This document shows, one piece after another, positions 35,724 through 49,489 of a stretch of DNA of 64,000 nucleotides (the first letter of the stretch is position 1; every line of letters starts with the position of its first letter). Both the position numbers and the translations under genes were made by a program. Source of the DNA: Octopus bimaculoides (lineage: Eukaryota); NCBI RefSeq assembly GCF_001194135.2, contig NC_068982.1, positions 11,493,043-11,557,042 of the forward strand, in the 5' to 3' direction. Under the pieces are notes generated by a model, which saw nothing but the letters and a program-made list of their open reading frames with translations, had not been told where the DNA came from and ran no database searches.

Positions 35724-36218
35724 NNNNNNNNNNNNNNNNNNNNNNNNNNNNNNNNNNNNNNNNNNNNNNNNNNNNNNNNNNNNNNNNNNNNNNNNNNNNN
35801 NNNNNNNNNNNNNNNNNNNNNNNNNNNNNNNNNNNNNNNNNNNNNNNNNNNNNNNNNNNNNNNNNNNNNNNNNNNNNNNNNNNNNNNNNNNNNNNNNNNN
35901 NNNNNNNNNNNNNNNNNNNNNNNNNNNNNNNNNNNNNNNNNNNNNNNNNNNNNNNNNNNNNNNNNNNNNNNNNNNNNNNNNNNNNNNNNNNNNNNNNNNN
36001 NNNNNNNNNNNNNNNNNNNNNNNNNNNNNNNNNNNNNNNNNNNNNNNNNNNNNNNNNNNNNNNNNNNNNNNNNNNNNNNNNNNNNNNNNNNNNNNNNNNN
36101 NNNNNNNNNNNNNNNNNNNNNNNNNNNNNNNNNNNNNNNNNNNNNNNNNNNNNNNNNNNNNNNNNNNNNNNNNNNNNNNNNNNNNNNNNNNNNNNNNNNN
36201 NNNNNNNNNNNNNNNNNN
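35724..36218. other. Assembly gap (495 N)
   Basis: Run of N. Confidence 1.
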
Positions 36219-36714
36219 ATATATATATATATATAAACATTAGATTTGAATCACTTCACTGGATTTAAAGCTAAGAGCTACAACTTACTCATAGAGCCAT
36301 AACAGGAACTACCAACCCCTTGAGAAAACAGAACACCTTTGTAAATGTTTACCAGCCAATCAGCAAGGCTGACATGTATCAATGAACGGTGAACATCTAT
36401 GGGCTGTTATGTAAATTCCCCACCAATTTGAGGTTTCTGGAAGGTTGTGCCCAGGGTTATATAATGTAGTGATTTGAATTCCATACAGAATCATTGCCCA
36501 CAAGATTGTACCTTCATCTCCTTTTATAATACTCTGAGAATGCATGTTTGACATATGTTAGTTTATCCTTGATTTTGAATGTCAACAACCATCTATCTTT
36601 TCTGCTCTACTTTCCCTTATTTCTAGTAAAATATTGATGAAAAAAAATGCAGTGAAACAGATTTAATTAGAATGTTCTCTTCACCTTTCATATTATAAAA
36701 ATCATAACTACATT

Positions 36715-36921
36715 CTTTTAGTTACCTTTTATTTCTAATCATTTGACTGCTGCCATGCTGGGGCAACACCTTGAAGGGTTTTAGTCAAATGACTCGACGC
36801 CAGGAGTTATTTCTTTTAAGTCTAGTACTCATTCTATTGGTCTCTTTTGCTGAATTGTTATGGGAACATAAATAAACCAACACCATTTGTCACACACACA
36901 CACACACACATACATTATATA

Positions 36922-36962
<41 letters not shown>

Positions 36963-36972
36963 NNNNNNNNNN

Positions 36973-37007
<35 letters not shown>

Positions 37008-37130
37008 GAATGACAGTTTCTGGTCTACCATATCCACTCACAAAGCTTTGGTCTGCTCAAGGCTATTGTAGACACTTGCCCAAAGTGCCACACAGTGGAT
37101 CTGAACCCAGAACCATGTGTTTGGGAAGCC
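36715..37130 (-). mobile_element. Family-B SINE with expanded internal (CA)n/(TA)n and a 10-N gap
   Basis: Family-B core on both sides of the microsatellite. Confidence 0.85.
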
Positions 37131-38965
37131 ATTCTTTGCAGAGATTGAACTCTTACTCATTACATTTCTGGGTTTAACTCTGATGATTCCAGAAGTTGTT
37201 TTACTGTTTCTAAATGAAGCATCTTGAAAATTGTAAGTAAACTTTTAGGTACATATTCCAGGAAAGCAACAAATCCTCTTGGAAACTCTAATTGTCTCAG
37301 TAATACCTTATATTAAATTAGTGCATGGTTCAGAGCAAGGATTACAGAAATTTGGAATCCAATCACCAAAAATAATTTAGTAGAATCACTCAAGTATATG
37401 TTGTCTGTACATGAAAATGTTAAGAACAGCAATAGGTACAAAGTTTGATCAAAAGCCTATTAAAATGCATATCACATAGAACAATCATCTATTGTGTATG
37501 AAGGAATTGGAAATAACTAAGTCCTGCATGAGGAAATGAATATTTAACATCACATTTTACATTTAGGCCTTTTCTCTGTTTTAAGAACATTTGAAAAGTA
37601 ATCTGAAACACAAAAATGGTTACCAAGTCTTGCCCTTACTCCTACTAAACTATGGTTGTTAGAGGTTCCTTTTCAATTGACTTAAGAATTCAAGGAAACC
37701 AGTCCATTGCATCTGTGAGAAGTAAATTCACTCAATATTAAGACTTATTCTGACTTCATGGAGACTTATTTATGCAGTTTACTTTTAAAATTTCAGGCTG
37801 GCTAAAGTCACATGCCACCATAGTTGTGACCAGAATGTTTGTTTGTGTCTGTGTGTGAGTGTGAGAAAGAACATTCCTGTTCACTTTTTCATATTACAAT
37901 GGGTCGAGACTTTCAAACGCCACCTTTTTTTTTCAAGAAAGGTGCCTTATTCCATGTCTTGGCATGTCATACTGCCAAGATGTTGGACTCCTTGATTGTA
38001 CATGTCTATTTGAAGACCTGGAGAAACAAAAGCATACTTGTTCATGCACGCGTGCACACACACACACACACACACACACTTTTCTATGGTTCCTATCTAT
38101 CTGATTTATTCACTCATATGAGGCTATAATAGAAGATACTTCCCCAAGCTGTCACAAATTTGGATTGAACTCAGAACCATGTGGTGACAAAGTGAACTTC
38201 TCAAACCACACAGTCAACCCTGCTGATATGTATATATATTTGGTCTTGCAGTTAATTTTGTATCATAGCATGGCAATTGTAGCCATGTATTTTTCCACAG
38301 AAATCAACCTTCAGATTTTTGCTGTAGTTGGATAGTTGGAAAAGCAACAGACAAAGTGTTTACATGATATACAATATTACTACTGATTTGTCTGTTACTA
38401 AGATGCAAAAATTTAGCATTATAAGCCACTTTGCATCAATAAAGAGCAGAAAAGCAGAACTAATCTTAGTTGTAGACACAATAGGAAAGTTTTGCTATCT
38501 TCTTTCAGAGCAGCAAATAAAGCAGTGATGTCACATGTTAGGATGACATGCTGCCTCCTTTACTTTTACTTTCTCTTACAAATGTGAAAGTCTGCTGAAG
38601 ATCACTGTGCCTAAATTTTTGAGGTTGTTATAAGATCATAATACTGAAGTAACTACATGTACTAAACATACATTGTATATTGCATGAAGCACTTCTTTGA
38701 CTATATATAAACTGAGCACTTTGTTGTTTTATACACAAAGGAAAAAAGCAATGTATTAGCAAGCTTTTAAAAACTATGTCTGTATTTGGGCTCCGATATT
38801 CTAATAGTAATAGAGACATTGTTGTGACATACAACATGTCCTTAGCATTTAAACTTGGCAAAGTCCATCCCTCTTCAGGTTCGAAGACAGAAGATTTCTT
38901 TCAGAGAAAGAGAATGAAGGATTGACTCTAGTACTGACTGGGCTGGTATTATATGTATCGACTCC

Positions 38966-39187
38966 AAGGCGGCAGCAAGCTGGCAGAATCGTTAGCATGT
39001 CAGGTGAAATGCTTAGTGGTATTTCGTCTATCATCACGTTCTGAGTTCAAATGCTGCTGGGATCGACTTTGCCTTTCATCCTTTCGGGGGTCGATAATTT
39101 AAGTACCAGTTATGCACTGGTGTCGATGTAATTGACTGGTCCCCTCCCCCAAAATGTCAGGCTTTGTGTCTATTATAGAAAGGATTT
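38966..39187 (+). mobile_element. Family-A SINE (young), followed by an inverted degenerate copy (~39190-39310)
   Basis: aaggcggcagcaagctggcagaatcgttagc ... cttt gtgtctattatagaaaggatt. Confidence 0.9.
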
Positions 39188-39314
39188 TATTTATTGACTC
39201 CAAAGAAGCTAAAAACAAAGTTGACCATAGTTGGATTTGAATTAAAGTGCAGGGAACTGGAATGAATACTGCAAGGCACTCTATCTGATGATTTAATGAC
39301 TGGTAATTTGCCGT

Positions 39315-39345
<31 letters not shown>

Positions 39346-39635
39346 ACTTTCTTCTTTCTTCCTCTTACATATGCAATTGGTGTAGGATAGGTGTTAAGCT
39401 TTGGCAAAATAAACCCTAATTTAATTCCCTAAAGTAGCACGTTTAATTTACTTCGTTTATGCTCAAGGGAATGGCATGAACATTACAACTACCATTATCT
39501 TATCAGCTGATCAACTGAAATCAATACAGCTGACCAACTACTGTTGGAAACACCCTAATCATGAGAGACAAAGTAATTGACACTATAACACTTGTATAAA
39601 CATTTATCTTTTCTATTGATGCTGGCATACTGTTT

Positions 39636-39645
<10 letters not shown>

Positions 39646-39725
<80 letters not shown>
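39646..39725. repeat. (TG)n microsatellite, ~80 bp
   Basis: Direct inspection. Confidence 0.98.
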
Positions 39726-39726
<1 letters not shown>

Positions 39727-40796
39727 ATAAGTATATGTGTGTATACATGTGTATGTATTCATATACTTACACATATAGTTATATACATATACATACTGGT
39801 ACAAACATGAAGTCTTAAAGACAGCATATTTGTGACATAGTATTTTATATATGGTGATTAATAAGTGTGAAGGCACATGCTTCAGTGGTTAGAGTGTCAG
39901 GTTCACAATCTCGAGGTTATCCCCCTCCACCAAATTTCAGGTCTTGTGCCTATAGTAGAAAGGATTATTTGATAATATTAATGAGCATGAGAGAGAGATA
40001 GTGAATGAGTGAGAGATACGTAGGGAGAGAGTGCAGCTGACGGAAATAGGGTCTGTGGACATAATGCAGTTGTTTGTGAAAATGTGTTTTGGTTATGTAT
40101 TTTTGTTGTAGCTTAGCTTCAGGTTATTCCTGATGGAGAAGGCTTCCGACAAAAGATATCCCAGTTTCGACTAACCTGTGCGTTTCCTATATACAAGGAA
40201 TCCTAGACAATATTGTTCAATGTATCCGGCAGGATGTAGTTTGAGGAAAATATGACTGCTTTTTCTAGCATGCACATGTACCAAGTAGACATAAGATAAT
40301 AGGCTGTGATTAGGAGACAATGTGGCCAGTATTATAACAAGTTAGGTGACCACACAAAAACCAAGTTTGTACCTATTTATTCTAAGATGGTAAGCTGACA
40401 GAAGTAGGAACATCATCTTATTCAACTGAGCCTTTTTAAGAACGCAAGGTGTGATTTGAGGGAGATTTGGCTGCTATTTCTAGCAGGTCAAGCAATTACT
40501 GGTGATCCACTTGTGAAGATGTGATGTTATTGTTATTATTCTTGTTAGTATAGATTAGCCCCTGGTCTGATAAAAGTCATTCCAGTCAGTGTGACCTGTT
40601 GTGTGTGATAAAGTTGACCCGTTGAATTACTGGTTCAGTCCAGTTTTCATTTATGCTGTTTCACTCACAAGGCTTGCGTTAGCCTGAGGTTGTGGTAAAA
40701 GACACTTGTTCAAGATGCTACTCTGTAGGATTGACCCTTGAACCTTATGACTGCAAACCCAACTTCTTAACCACTCAACCACATAAATATGCACAT

Positions 40797-40797
40797 G

Positions 40798-40838
<41 letters not shown>

Positions 40839-40921
40839 CAGTTACAATTCACACCACGTACATACACAATCACACACATCACCATCACACAATCACATAC
40901 ACACTGCAAATACACCTCATG

Positions 40922-40954
<33 letters not shown>

Positions 40955-41100
40955 TTCACATCACATCACACACACACAAAATACACATCACATCACACAC
41001 ACACAAATACACATACATAGACATCATACACACACATCATATCATATAAACACACAAATACACATCACACACACATGCACTCACATACTCACACATACAC
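40797..41100. repeat. CA-rich compound/cryptic microsatellite extending from a family-B SINE fragment (~40640-40790)
   Basis: (CA)n interleaved with CACAT/CACAAAT units. This explains the His/Thr-rich ORFs in the track. Confidence 0.9.
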
Positions 41101-41533
41101 AGATGTCCATGTGTTTTCTTTTATTAAAAAAAAAAAAAAAATTATCTTCATTAAAATTATATAATTTGCAATCCAACGCATTAAAAACATATCCGGTTTT
41201 TTGCCCCTGTGGTGAACTATTTTATCATATACTTCAAATTGTATACTTTGAACAAATTCATTTATAATGTCAGATCTTAATAAGATTTTACTTGTGAAAT
41301 AAGTAAACTGCAAGATCTGCTTTCCTATTTGCATTTACTTTTGCTGTGGCTCAAGTTTTCACTACTCTCCCTCTCTTCTGCCACAACAAACATTAGCAGT
41401 AACAGCAGTCGTTGTTCAGTTAATTGGAAGCTATATTCATTCCCCTATATGATTTCTAGAACTTTCTAAATTAAAATTCCTTATGTTACTGTGAGTTCTC
41501 AAGTAGAACACAAGTTTGTATGTATGTGTGCAT

Positions 41534-41537
<4 letters not shown>

Positions 41538-41609
<72 letters not shown>
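41538..41609. repeat. (AG)n microsatellite
   Basis: Direct inspection. Confidence 0.95.
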
Positions 41610-41612
<3 letters not shown>

Positions 41613-44600
41613 TACATGCAGTTTATTTGTAATCTTAATTGCTATAATACTTTTTTTTTTTTTTTTTCAAATTAAAAAAAAAAATGATATAAATCTATTT
41701 TCTCATTTAGGTGTTACTCAAAAAAATCTAATATATATTCGGTACGGCTTGTCTGGGTAGAATGTTTTTAGTTATATATTAACAAGGTGCAATAATATAT
41801 TTATCACTGCTTGTACAGCTGAAACTCTTTCTTCCACATGCTAATGATATATAAACTCTTCTTTCCTCCTACTTTCTCTCTCTCTCTCTCTCTCACACAG
41901 GCGAATGTATTCTTACTCCCTTTCTCTTTCATCATACTCAGACAAATTTGATGCTTGAATTTTGTATAAATAAATAAATAATATTAAAAACATTGAGACC
42001 TAAAGAATTGGTTTTTGTTTTTAGACTTGTATTAGTCATTTATCCATCTCCAGAACAAAAACGTACAATTTTTCTTTTTCGTTTTTTTTTTTCTTTATAT
42101 AAATTATTAACAAACGATGTTATGCAATGTAATTAGTATTTTAAGGTACGGATTAATTTCTCTTTCAGTTATAAAGAACAACATTATGATGGCCGAAAGC
42201 TGTTTAATTTTTCTTTTTATTTTTAGCAACAAACTATTTGAAATATTTAAATTTCTTATCAAAAATTAAGCGTGAAAAGTCACTTTGAACTTTCTGCACT
42301 TCAAGGTCCTTCAGAAATACATGAATAGCATATTTCCTTCTTTTAAAAATCTGTAGATTTGTGTGCATGCTAGAAATCAATATTCTATGTTACTCATTCT
42401 AATCATATTGGTTTTATAAGGATTAATTCTAAGATGACTCTTAAAGGAAACATGAGATCATAGGAATAATATCCATCATGCTGTCACCAGGGTGCTGTTT
42501 TGTTGCTTTAAAAATGAATATGAAACATACTCTTGTATACACTCTACTACATAAATCTCTCAAATGAATAACTTGTAAGAAAAAGCTCAGTACAGACCTA
42601 GCTCACCTATGATTAAAAACACTGGATTTAAAAATAATTTTTACTTTCCAGTTATCAATGTGTTAAAGTTAAAATAAGGTTTTGTATTATACAGCTTATT
42701 ATTTATTTAATATGTATACTGATATTCTCTAATGGGAAGACTGTTCAGTTAAGATGTAGTAGCAGAATCCATGAGGATTTGTATAAGCTATCAACATGAT
42801 TATTTATTACATTATCAATCTTGGAATTGTAGCAGTTTGAAACCTAAGAGAATATTGTCAGTTGTAAAATTTCAAAATAGCCTTTTTTTCTTTTTTCTAA
42901 ATATTGAAGAGGAAAAAGCCATCAAATATCTTACTATACATAGAAAGAATCTTGATTATTGCAGAGAAAAGTAGTAGAAAGGTACTTTTAATTTTGTGCA
43001 GGTAATGCAGTGACTGACTTTATGAGGGAGGGATATTATGACATTTCAGTTTTACTTGACAGTGAATCAGCAATTTTATTGGAAACTGATATCTTAATCA
43101 TAGTGATTTTTCTCTCTATACATAAACTGAGATATATGATGAGTGTGTTTGGAATATCAATGTGAATATTGTTTCTTGGTAAGGAAGATGGAATATTCAC
43201 TGTGACTGGAAAGGAGTCGGGAATTGATGGACCATTGTGCTATATAAAATTGAAAGATGGCTTGAATACAATCAGGATGAAAAATGATACAGGCAACTAA
43301 TGGTATTTCCTGATGCAACCACAAACTGATTATATGGGTATTGTAGGTAATTCATAAATATATTTGATACAACTGTTAAAAACATTTTATACAGACTTGT
43401 TCAGTTTATAAATCAATCACTAATATTTTGGATATTGATATAAAGTAAATTTTTTTTTTTGCGTAATTATAACTCTTGGAGAAACAATAACTCAAATTCA
43501 AATGTCGAAGATATAATTATTGCTTTTCAAAGCTTGACTTAAAAAAATAATTTTTTAAATGAGCTGCTGAAAATATGTGTAAACTTATATTACGACAAGA
43601 ACAGAAGCCTAATCTGGTCCTTACAAAAATATAAAAATATACCAATTGTAATTAGTTAGAGAATTTGAAATTTTAATAAAGTATCAGGTGTGTAAACATT
43701 GTTATTATTATTGATTTAGGAGAATATTGTCATAAAATTCTGTAAAACATGGTAAAAATTAGCTGTCATGTTAGCTGTATAACTTAAAGGAAAATATTCT
43801 GAAGATTTAAAAATTATTTACATAGTCATGAATGTATTCAGGTAATGATGAAGCTTCTAGCAGAAAACTCAGATAAACTGATAAAAAAAAAAAAAAAAAA
43901 GCAGAAAATGATTTCATTTAGCTGGAGGAGTCTGGCTGAATCTACTAAATTTTTGAATATCGATCCTATTATATTACTGGGTACAGCAAAATCTGTTCTA
44001 ATGAGAAAATCATCTTTAAAATGAAATAGTATTGCTCTTAGTGGTAGGTAGATGAGTGTGTACTGAACAAGGAGGAAATATAGAATAAAGAGATAGCAAT
44101 AGAGACAAGAAAGAGAAGCCAGCTACATGTGAAGAAGATGAAGGCAGTGAGAACTATTGCATAAACAGAATAGTTGCTGAGGCATTAGTTATATAGAGAT
44201 TGGTTAGGTTTCACACTATTTATTTATACATGTTGTAATTATTGAACAGTATCATTGGTTATAGAGGGCCAGTCACTGGTTTCTGCATATCTTATGGCAG
44301 TTGTAGCATGGGATTGGTTATGCAATTTTGTGAAGGAGAAATATCACACAGTATTTTTAACTGCTTTAGCGTTTCAACCTCCTTGGCAATGTCTACATCT
44401 TTGACCAACAGACACACGGACTTTTGTATAGTTTCTGCCTACTAAATTTCATTTACAAGACCTCATTCAATTCAGGGCTATTGTAGAAGATGCTTACCCA
44501 GGGTGCCATGTAGTTTAGCTTTGACATATATATGAAGCCATTAGCATGTAGCAAAAGAAATACCTAGCAAAGAATATCTGCCAAAATTCCTGCTTGTCTT

Positions 44601-45887
44601 TTGGAATGGATTTGTGCTCTGAAGTTTGAAGCCATCACAAAATATTTTGGAACTAGGTGGAACTGTATGTTGTTGACAACAGAATCAGTCCAAAGGTGTA
44701 AAGATATGAGTGGGTTTTAAGAAAAAATGAAGGCTGTCAGTCTGTTGAATAACTGCAGCAGGTAAAGGGCTTTGGATGAGATTCAGGAAATAACCAAACA
44801 TGGAATGAACATTGATTAATCAATGAAAAGCAATGGTTGTATAAAAAGGAAAGCAAAATCTGTTAGACTTTAGATATGTCATAAGCACTAATCCCTGATA
44901 TTATTTTGCCCTTCCCTTCTTCTTCTCGGTCTTCTACATTATTCCTGCTGAAACCACTGATACTGAACTACTGTAAATAATCTGCTGTTTTTATCAATAT
45001 ATTTGACGGTGGCGTTTGTAAAGAGCCATTTCTGTGAAAGGAGGTGCTGAGCTATAAAAACTTGAGAAGCATTGATGCAGATAGAGGCTCATAATGATGA
45101 TAGTTAGCGTATTTTAGATGAAAAGCATCTTATCAGTCAGAGATGGTAGGTGTTGACTTAGAATTAGGTTGAAGAACATTTAGAGTGAAGGTTTAAGAAT
45201 GAAATTGAGAAGTTTGGGACATGCAGATGAAATGGCATAGGATCAAATACCTGGAAATCTGCTGTATGTGCAAGACCTCCCAACACATGTCAACAGAATG
45301 CAATTGATGTTGAAACAATGATGGTGATATATCTGTTATACACATAGCTATATTATTATTATTATTTGCATTATTCTTAGCTTTTTTTGTTTTTACTTTC
45401 ATTTATTGCATTTTTTTTTTAGCACAACTGCATTACAGCATTTCTGTCAAAGATATCAAATATATGTACAAAGAGAAAAACATTATTTTAATAATTACTC
45501 AGCAAATAAATTGTAATTTGATAGATAAATTACAATACAAATTTAGTATCGTCTCCTGTAAACATTTCTTCACTACTTTTTATGCTGCCATGTGCTGGTT
45601 TGCATAAAGAAAAACTTAATACATTGACTATAATTTAGTTTGTAAATAACAGAATATATTGTTTCTCTTCTAGATAAAGCTTGAGATTCTTACAGGAAGA
45701 GATGCTATTTATCATGAAAATCATGTGGATGATAGACTGTTAACTTCTGAGCATCCAGTTAATTTAGTCAAACTGTTGTTTTAACCCATTTTCACAAAAT
45801 TCTTCCTGTTTCATAGTCACTATGTTCATTACCGATACTTTATGAATTCCAGGCCCCTTGTTTCTTTCAGCATATCATAATTTACAA

Positions 45888-46227
45888 TAGGGGTTCTCAA
45901 CCATTTTTTATCTATGGACCCCTTTGATTGATTGCTATTTCATTCTGGTGGACCATTCAATATTTAAAAACTACTTTCATAGAAACTTCTTTCAAAATTC
46001 CTATTTTGTTTTTCACACATTAACTTGTGTAGGTCAAACAGTGTAAAATGTTAGAGAAAGAAACCTTGCTGTTTCTTTCAATATATACCAATACCTTTAA
46101 AGCAAATCTTTTTCAGAAGCCCTTAAAACACTATTGTGGATCTCCAATTTACTATATTGTTGCTTGGATACCCAAAAATCTTATATGGACCCTCAAGGGC
46201 CATATGGATCTCAGTTAAGGACTACTG
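45888..46227. mobile_element. hAT MITE
   Basis: TAGGGGTTCTCAACC ... GTTAAGGACTACTG, with a degenerate 8-bp TSD (ATTTACAA / GCTTACAA). Confidence 0.75.
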
Positions 46228-46428
46228 GCTTACAAGATGACTTTGGATAGCTGATACCATTACCAGCTTGCTTGAAGTAACTCTTAGCTATTGCTCACCT
46301 AACTCTTTATGTCACAGAGAAGAAGAAGTTGTTGTAGTTTGTGTGAAAATAGAAGCTGATGAGGTGTGGGAGTCCAGATTGGATTGGAGTGAAGAAATGT
46401 TCATAAAAACGAAGCAAGATTTAGCATT

Positions 46429-46661
46429 TTTTTTTTATTGCCCACAAGGAACTAAACATAGAGGGGACAAACAAGAACAGACAAAGGGATTAAGTCGATT
46501 ACATCGACCCCAGTGCGTAACTGGTACTTAATTTATCGACCCTGAAAGGATGAAAGGTAAAGTCAGCCTCGGTGGAATTTGAACTCAGAATGTAACTGCA
46601 GACGAAATACCTGTAAGCATTTCGCCCAGCATGCTAATGTTTCTGCCAGCTCACCGTCTTT
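46429..46661 (-). mobile_element. Family-A SINE with an alternative 3' tail, poly(A) and a 14-bp TSD
   Basis: CAAGATTTAGCATT at 46415-46428 and 46662-46675. The tail reads ttagttccttgtgggcaataaaaaaa. Confidence 0.92.
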
Positions 46662-46819
46662 CAAGATTTAGCATTATTTAGCATCTTTGTCATGTTGTTT
46701 TGGTTTGGTTATGGGTAAGATAGGGTGGAAATCGCAACACACATGAGTTGTCTGACCAATTACTAATTCAAACCTTGTAAGGAGCCCAGCCGAATCCCAA
46801 TGTCTGCTGGTGAGCTTGA

Positions 46820-46950
46820 AATATTGCGGTCATTAAGGGACTAGTAATGAACTGGAGGGGGGGGGGTGAGTATATGAGATTATGTATTAGCCAACTGGAA
46901 AATCTCCTGAGGTGTTACCCAGGGGACCAAGTGCTGGTTCCTGTCCTGTG
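46820..46950 (+). mobile_element. Possible Gypsy integrase C-terminal remnant
   Basis: The peptide ...LENLLRCYPGDQVLVP resembles the FxPGDxVLV motif of Gypsy integrases. The match is short and degenerate. Confidence 0.25.
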
Positions 46951-47370
46951 GCAGAGAATTCCCACTAGGAAATCTTTTCCATTTGTACACTCTGACAAAT
47001 ATTGATTCCCACACCATAACAATTATTTACTACAAATTCTAATACAATGAAAAATAGTATATTTAAAAAAAATTTAAACTGGGCATGAAATAATATATAA
47101 TATGTACATATAAGCATATAAATGTAATGATGTAGGACAGGAATAGTTTTAGTTGAAAAACATGTTATATTTGACATGAATAAATAGAAATACACTTTTA
47201 GCAGAAATACTTTTATATTACATTCTTATTATTGTATGTAAAACATAAAAAGATATTATTTTTAAATAAAAGATTAGGAGAATTGTGTATATTAATCTGA
47301 GAGTAATATACTCTAAAATATTAAAGTTTATCAATTTTTGAAGAGATTGCAGTCCTCATTCTCCTTTACA

Positions 47371-47372
47371 CA

Positions 47373-47448
<76 letters not shown>

Positions 47449-47545
47449 CACACACACTCACACACACACTCACACACATGCATGCACGCACGCACACACA
47501 CACATACACACGCACGCGCGCGCGCACACACACACACACACACTC
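47371..47545. repeat. (CACG)n microsatellite plus (CA)n/(CG)n
   Basis: Uninterrupted CACG array at ~47371-47448, and a (CG)n run near 47515-47525. Confidence 0.95.
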
Positions 47546-48104
47546 TCTCAAACACATGCACACCCTTTCTCTCTCAAACACACATGTATGTACTCATACA
47601 CACACACACACACTCTACATATTATATAAATATATTGAGTATAGTGAGAGGCTAAATTAGTGAGAGAGTCAAACATCTATATTCTATGAAAAGAAAGTAT
47701 ATCTAAATTTAAAAACTAATTTGATTGTAAATGTTCATGGAAAAATACTACAATTTAGGCTAATTTAAGGGACTTGCATAATTTTTCTATTTGATTACAA
47801 TCTTGCTGTTAGATAAACACTTAAGATTAACTGCATTTTTACTCCACTTTGAAATTTTTATTGTGAAGCCAAAGTTAGTAAATAATTATATGAAAGTATC
47901 AGGGGAAAAAATAAAGTAGATTTCTTAATCCATAATTATGAATATACTTCTTTTCAAGCAGTTTTGAAATAGTTTAAATCTGCAATATTCATAATGCAGT
48001 AAAATACATTGTTTGCCAAATTTAGCAGTTGTGTTGAATCCCATTTCTCCAACACTTGTGGGCATGCTTACAAAATCAAAAGGGGGGGGGGGAACAAAAA
48101 ACAA

Positions 48105-48400
48105 ACAAAAACATCACAGCACCCTTGACTTTCAGAAACATTTTTTCACATTCAGAATTGCTGAAGCATGGAACGAACTACCCGCATCAGTTGTTAGTTG
48201 TTGAGATTCTACATCCTACAAAACTTCCATGCTTCCTGAGATTCGCCAACAGTACACCTGATGACCCTACTCCCCTACTTTAAATGATTCATTCACTGTT
48301 CACTTCCTGTGCATTATTCTATGTACTGTTAATGCAGTTTTGGCTACTTTTTCTGATGAGTTGTAGTGCACCCAAACACTGTATACAATGAGTTCATTAT
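48105..48400 (+). mobile_element. CR1/L2-group LINE 3' end
   Basis: KHHSTLDFQKHFFTFRIAEAWNELPASVVSC*DSTSYKTSMLPEIRQQYT* matches the CR1 HFFSxRVVxxWNxLPxxVV...FK terminus. A 3' UTR follows. Confidence 0.85.
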
Positions 48401-49449
48401 ATAATATAGTATATATGGTACTAATCTAATTGTTAAATTTAATAAATTAAATGACTGGTGTGATAGAACAAACATGTTAGTTGACCTAGCATTAAAAAAA
48501 AAAAACTAACTTGAATATTTCTCCTTGTTCTAAATCTACTCTCAGATGGGAGTTACATTAAAGAAAATTATTCTTTAAGACTGTCAGCAAAATGTAGTTA
48601 TGAATACAATCTTTATTTCTAAAATTAGAGTAAAAACAACAAAATTTCTTTGTAAATAAAGGCACTGTCTCAATCCCAACTAATCATTTAAACATATTCC
48701 ATGTCATCTTCAAAATAGAAACGAAAAAAAAAAAAAAAAAATTAGAAAAACAAAAAGAAAAGAAAACTGCTGTACACATTGCAGAATAATGTGAAATTCT
48801 AGTTTGTACATCATTGATATTGTTTCAAGGCTGTATTTCTATATATCACTACCTTGGATATATTTCTAATGTTCATAGCTACAGTGTAAACAACACCTAT
48901 TGATCAGTCTAGAGTCCATGTTATTTGACTGACATCTTCATTTGTTTCCTCCTACAATTACCACCTGAAACTAATTACTCATTTCTTTTGTCTAGTTTAT
49001 GACCAAGAGCAATTAATATTTAGAATCAATAAACCTTATCTTCTATTTCTGGTTTATTAGATTTAATGGATTATTTCTTATTTGTAATCTTTAGACACAC
49101 ACTCACGCACATGCAAATTTATTGAGAAACATTGACTATTATACAATTTCTGGTGATGTACATTTAAGTGGTTTTTCCATTGCCTTCTTCAGTAGTCATG
49201 AAGTGGAATGTTTAGGGAAGGCAAAATAGAAATTTGTATTGTGTTAATGCAGTATAATTGAACAGACATAGCTACAACTGAGCGTTGAAACTCAGTTGTG
49301 GAGTTGGTTCATTGCAAGGTACACTTATGTACACACATGCATACCCCCATTTCTAGTTATTGTATAATTATGGAAAACATAATTACACTGAATGATAGAA
49401 GTTATAGAAAATTCTTTCAAGCTGTTGTTAATTCTATTTGAACCTTTTC

Positions 49450-49489
<40 letters not shown>

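Noticed and set aside
35659-36268. 193-aa and 199-aa ORFs
   Set aside because: Artefacts of the 495-N gap.
37150-37790. Possible old transposase (hAT/Helitron) remnant
   Set aside because: No diagnostic motif could be read in any frame.
40692-41267. 191-aa His/Thr-rich ORF (and similar ORFs at 21660, 39592 and 47331-47660)
   Set aside because: These are translations of (CA)n/(CACG)n microsatellites and SINE sequence, with no coding signature.
48353-48385. CTGATGA as a fourth hammerhead
   Set aside because: No stem II followed by GAAA. It lies in the CR1 3' UTR.
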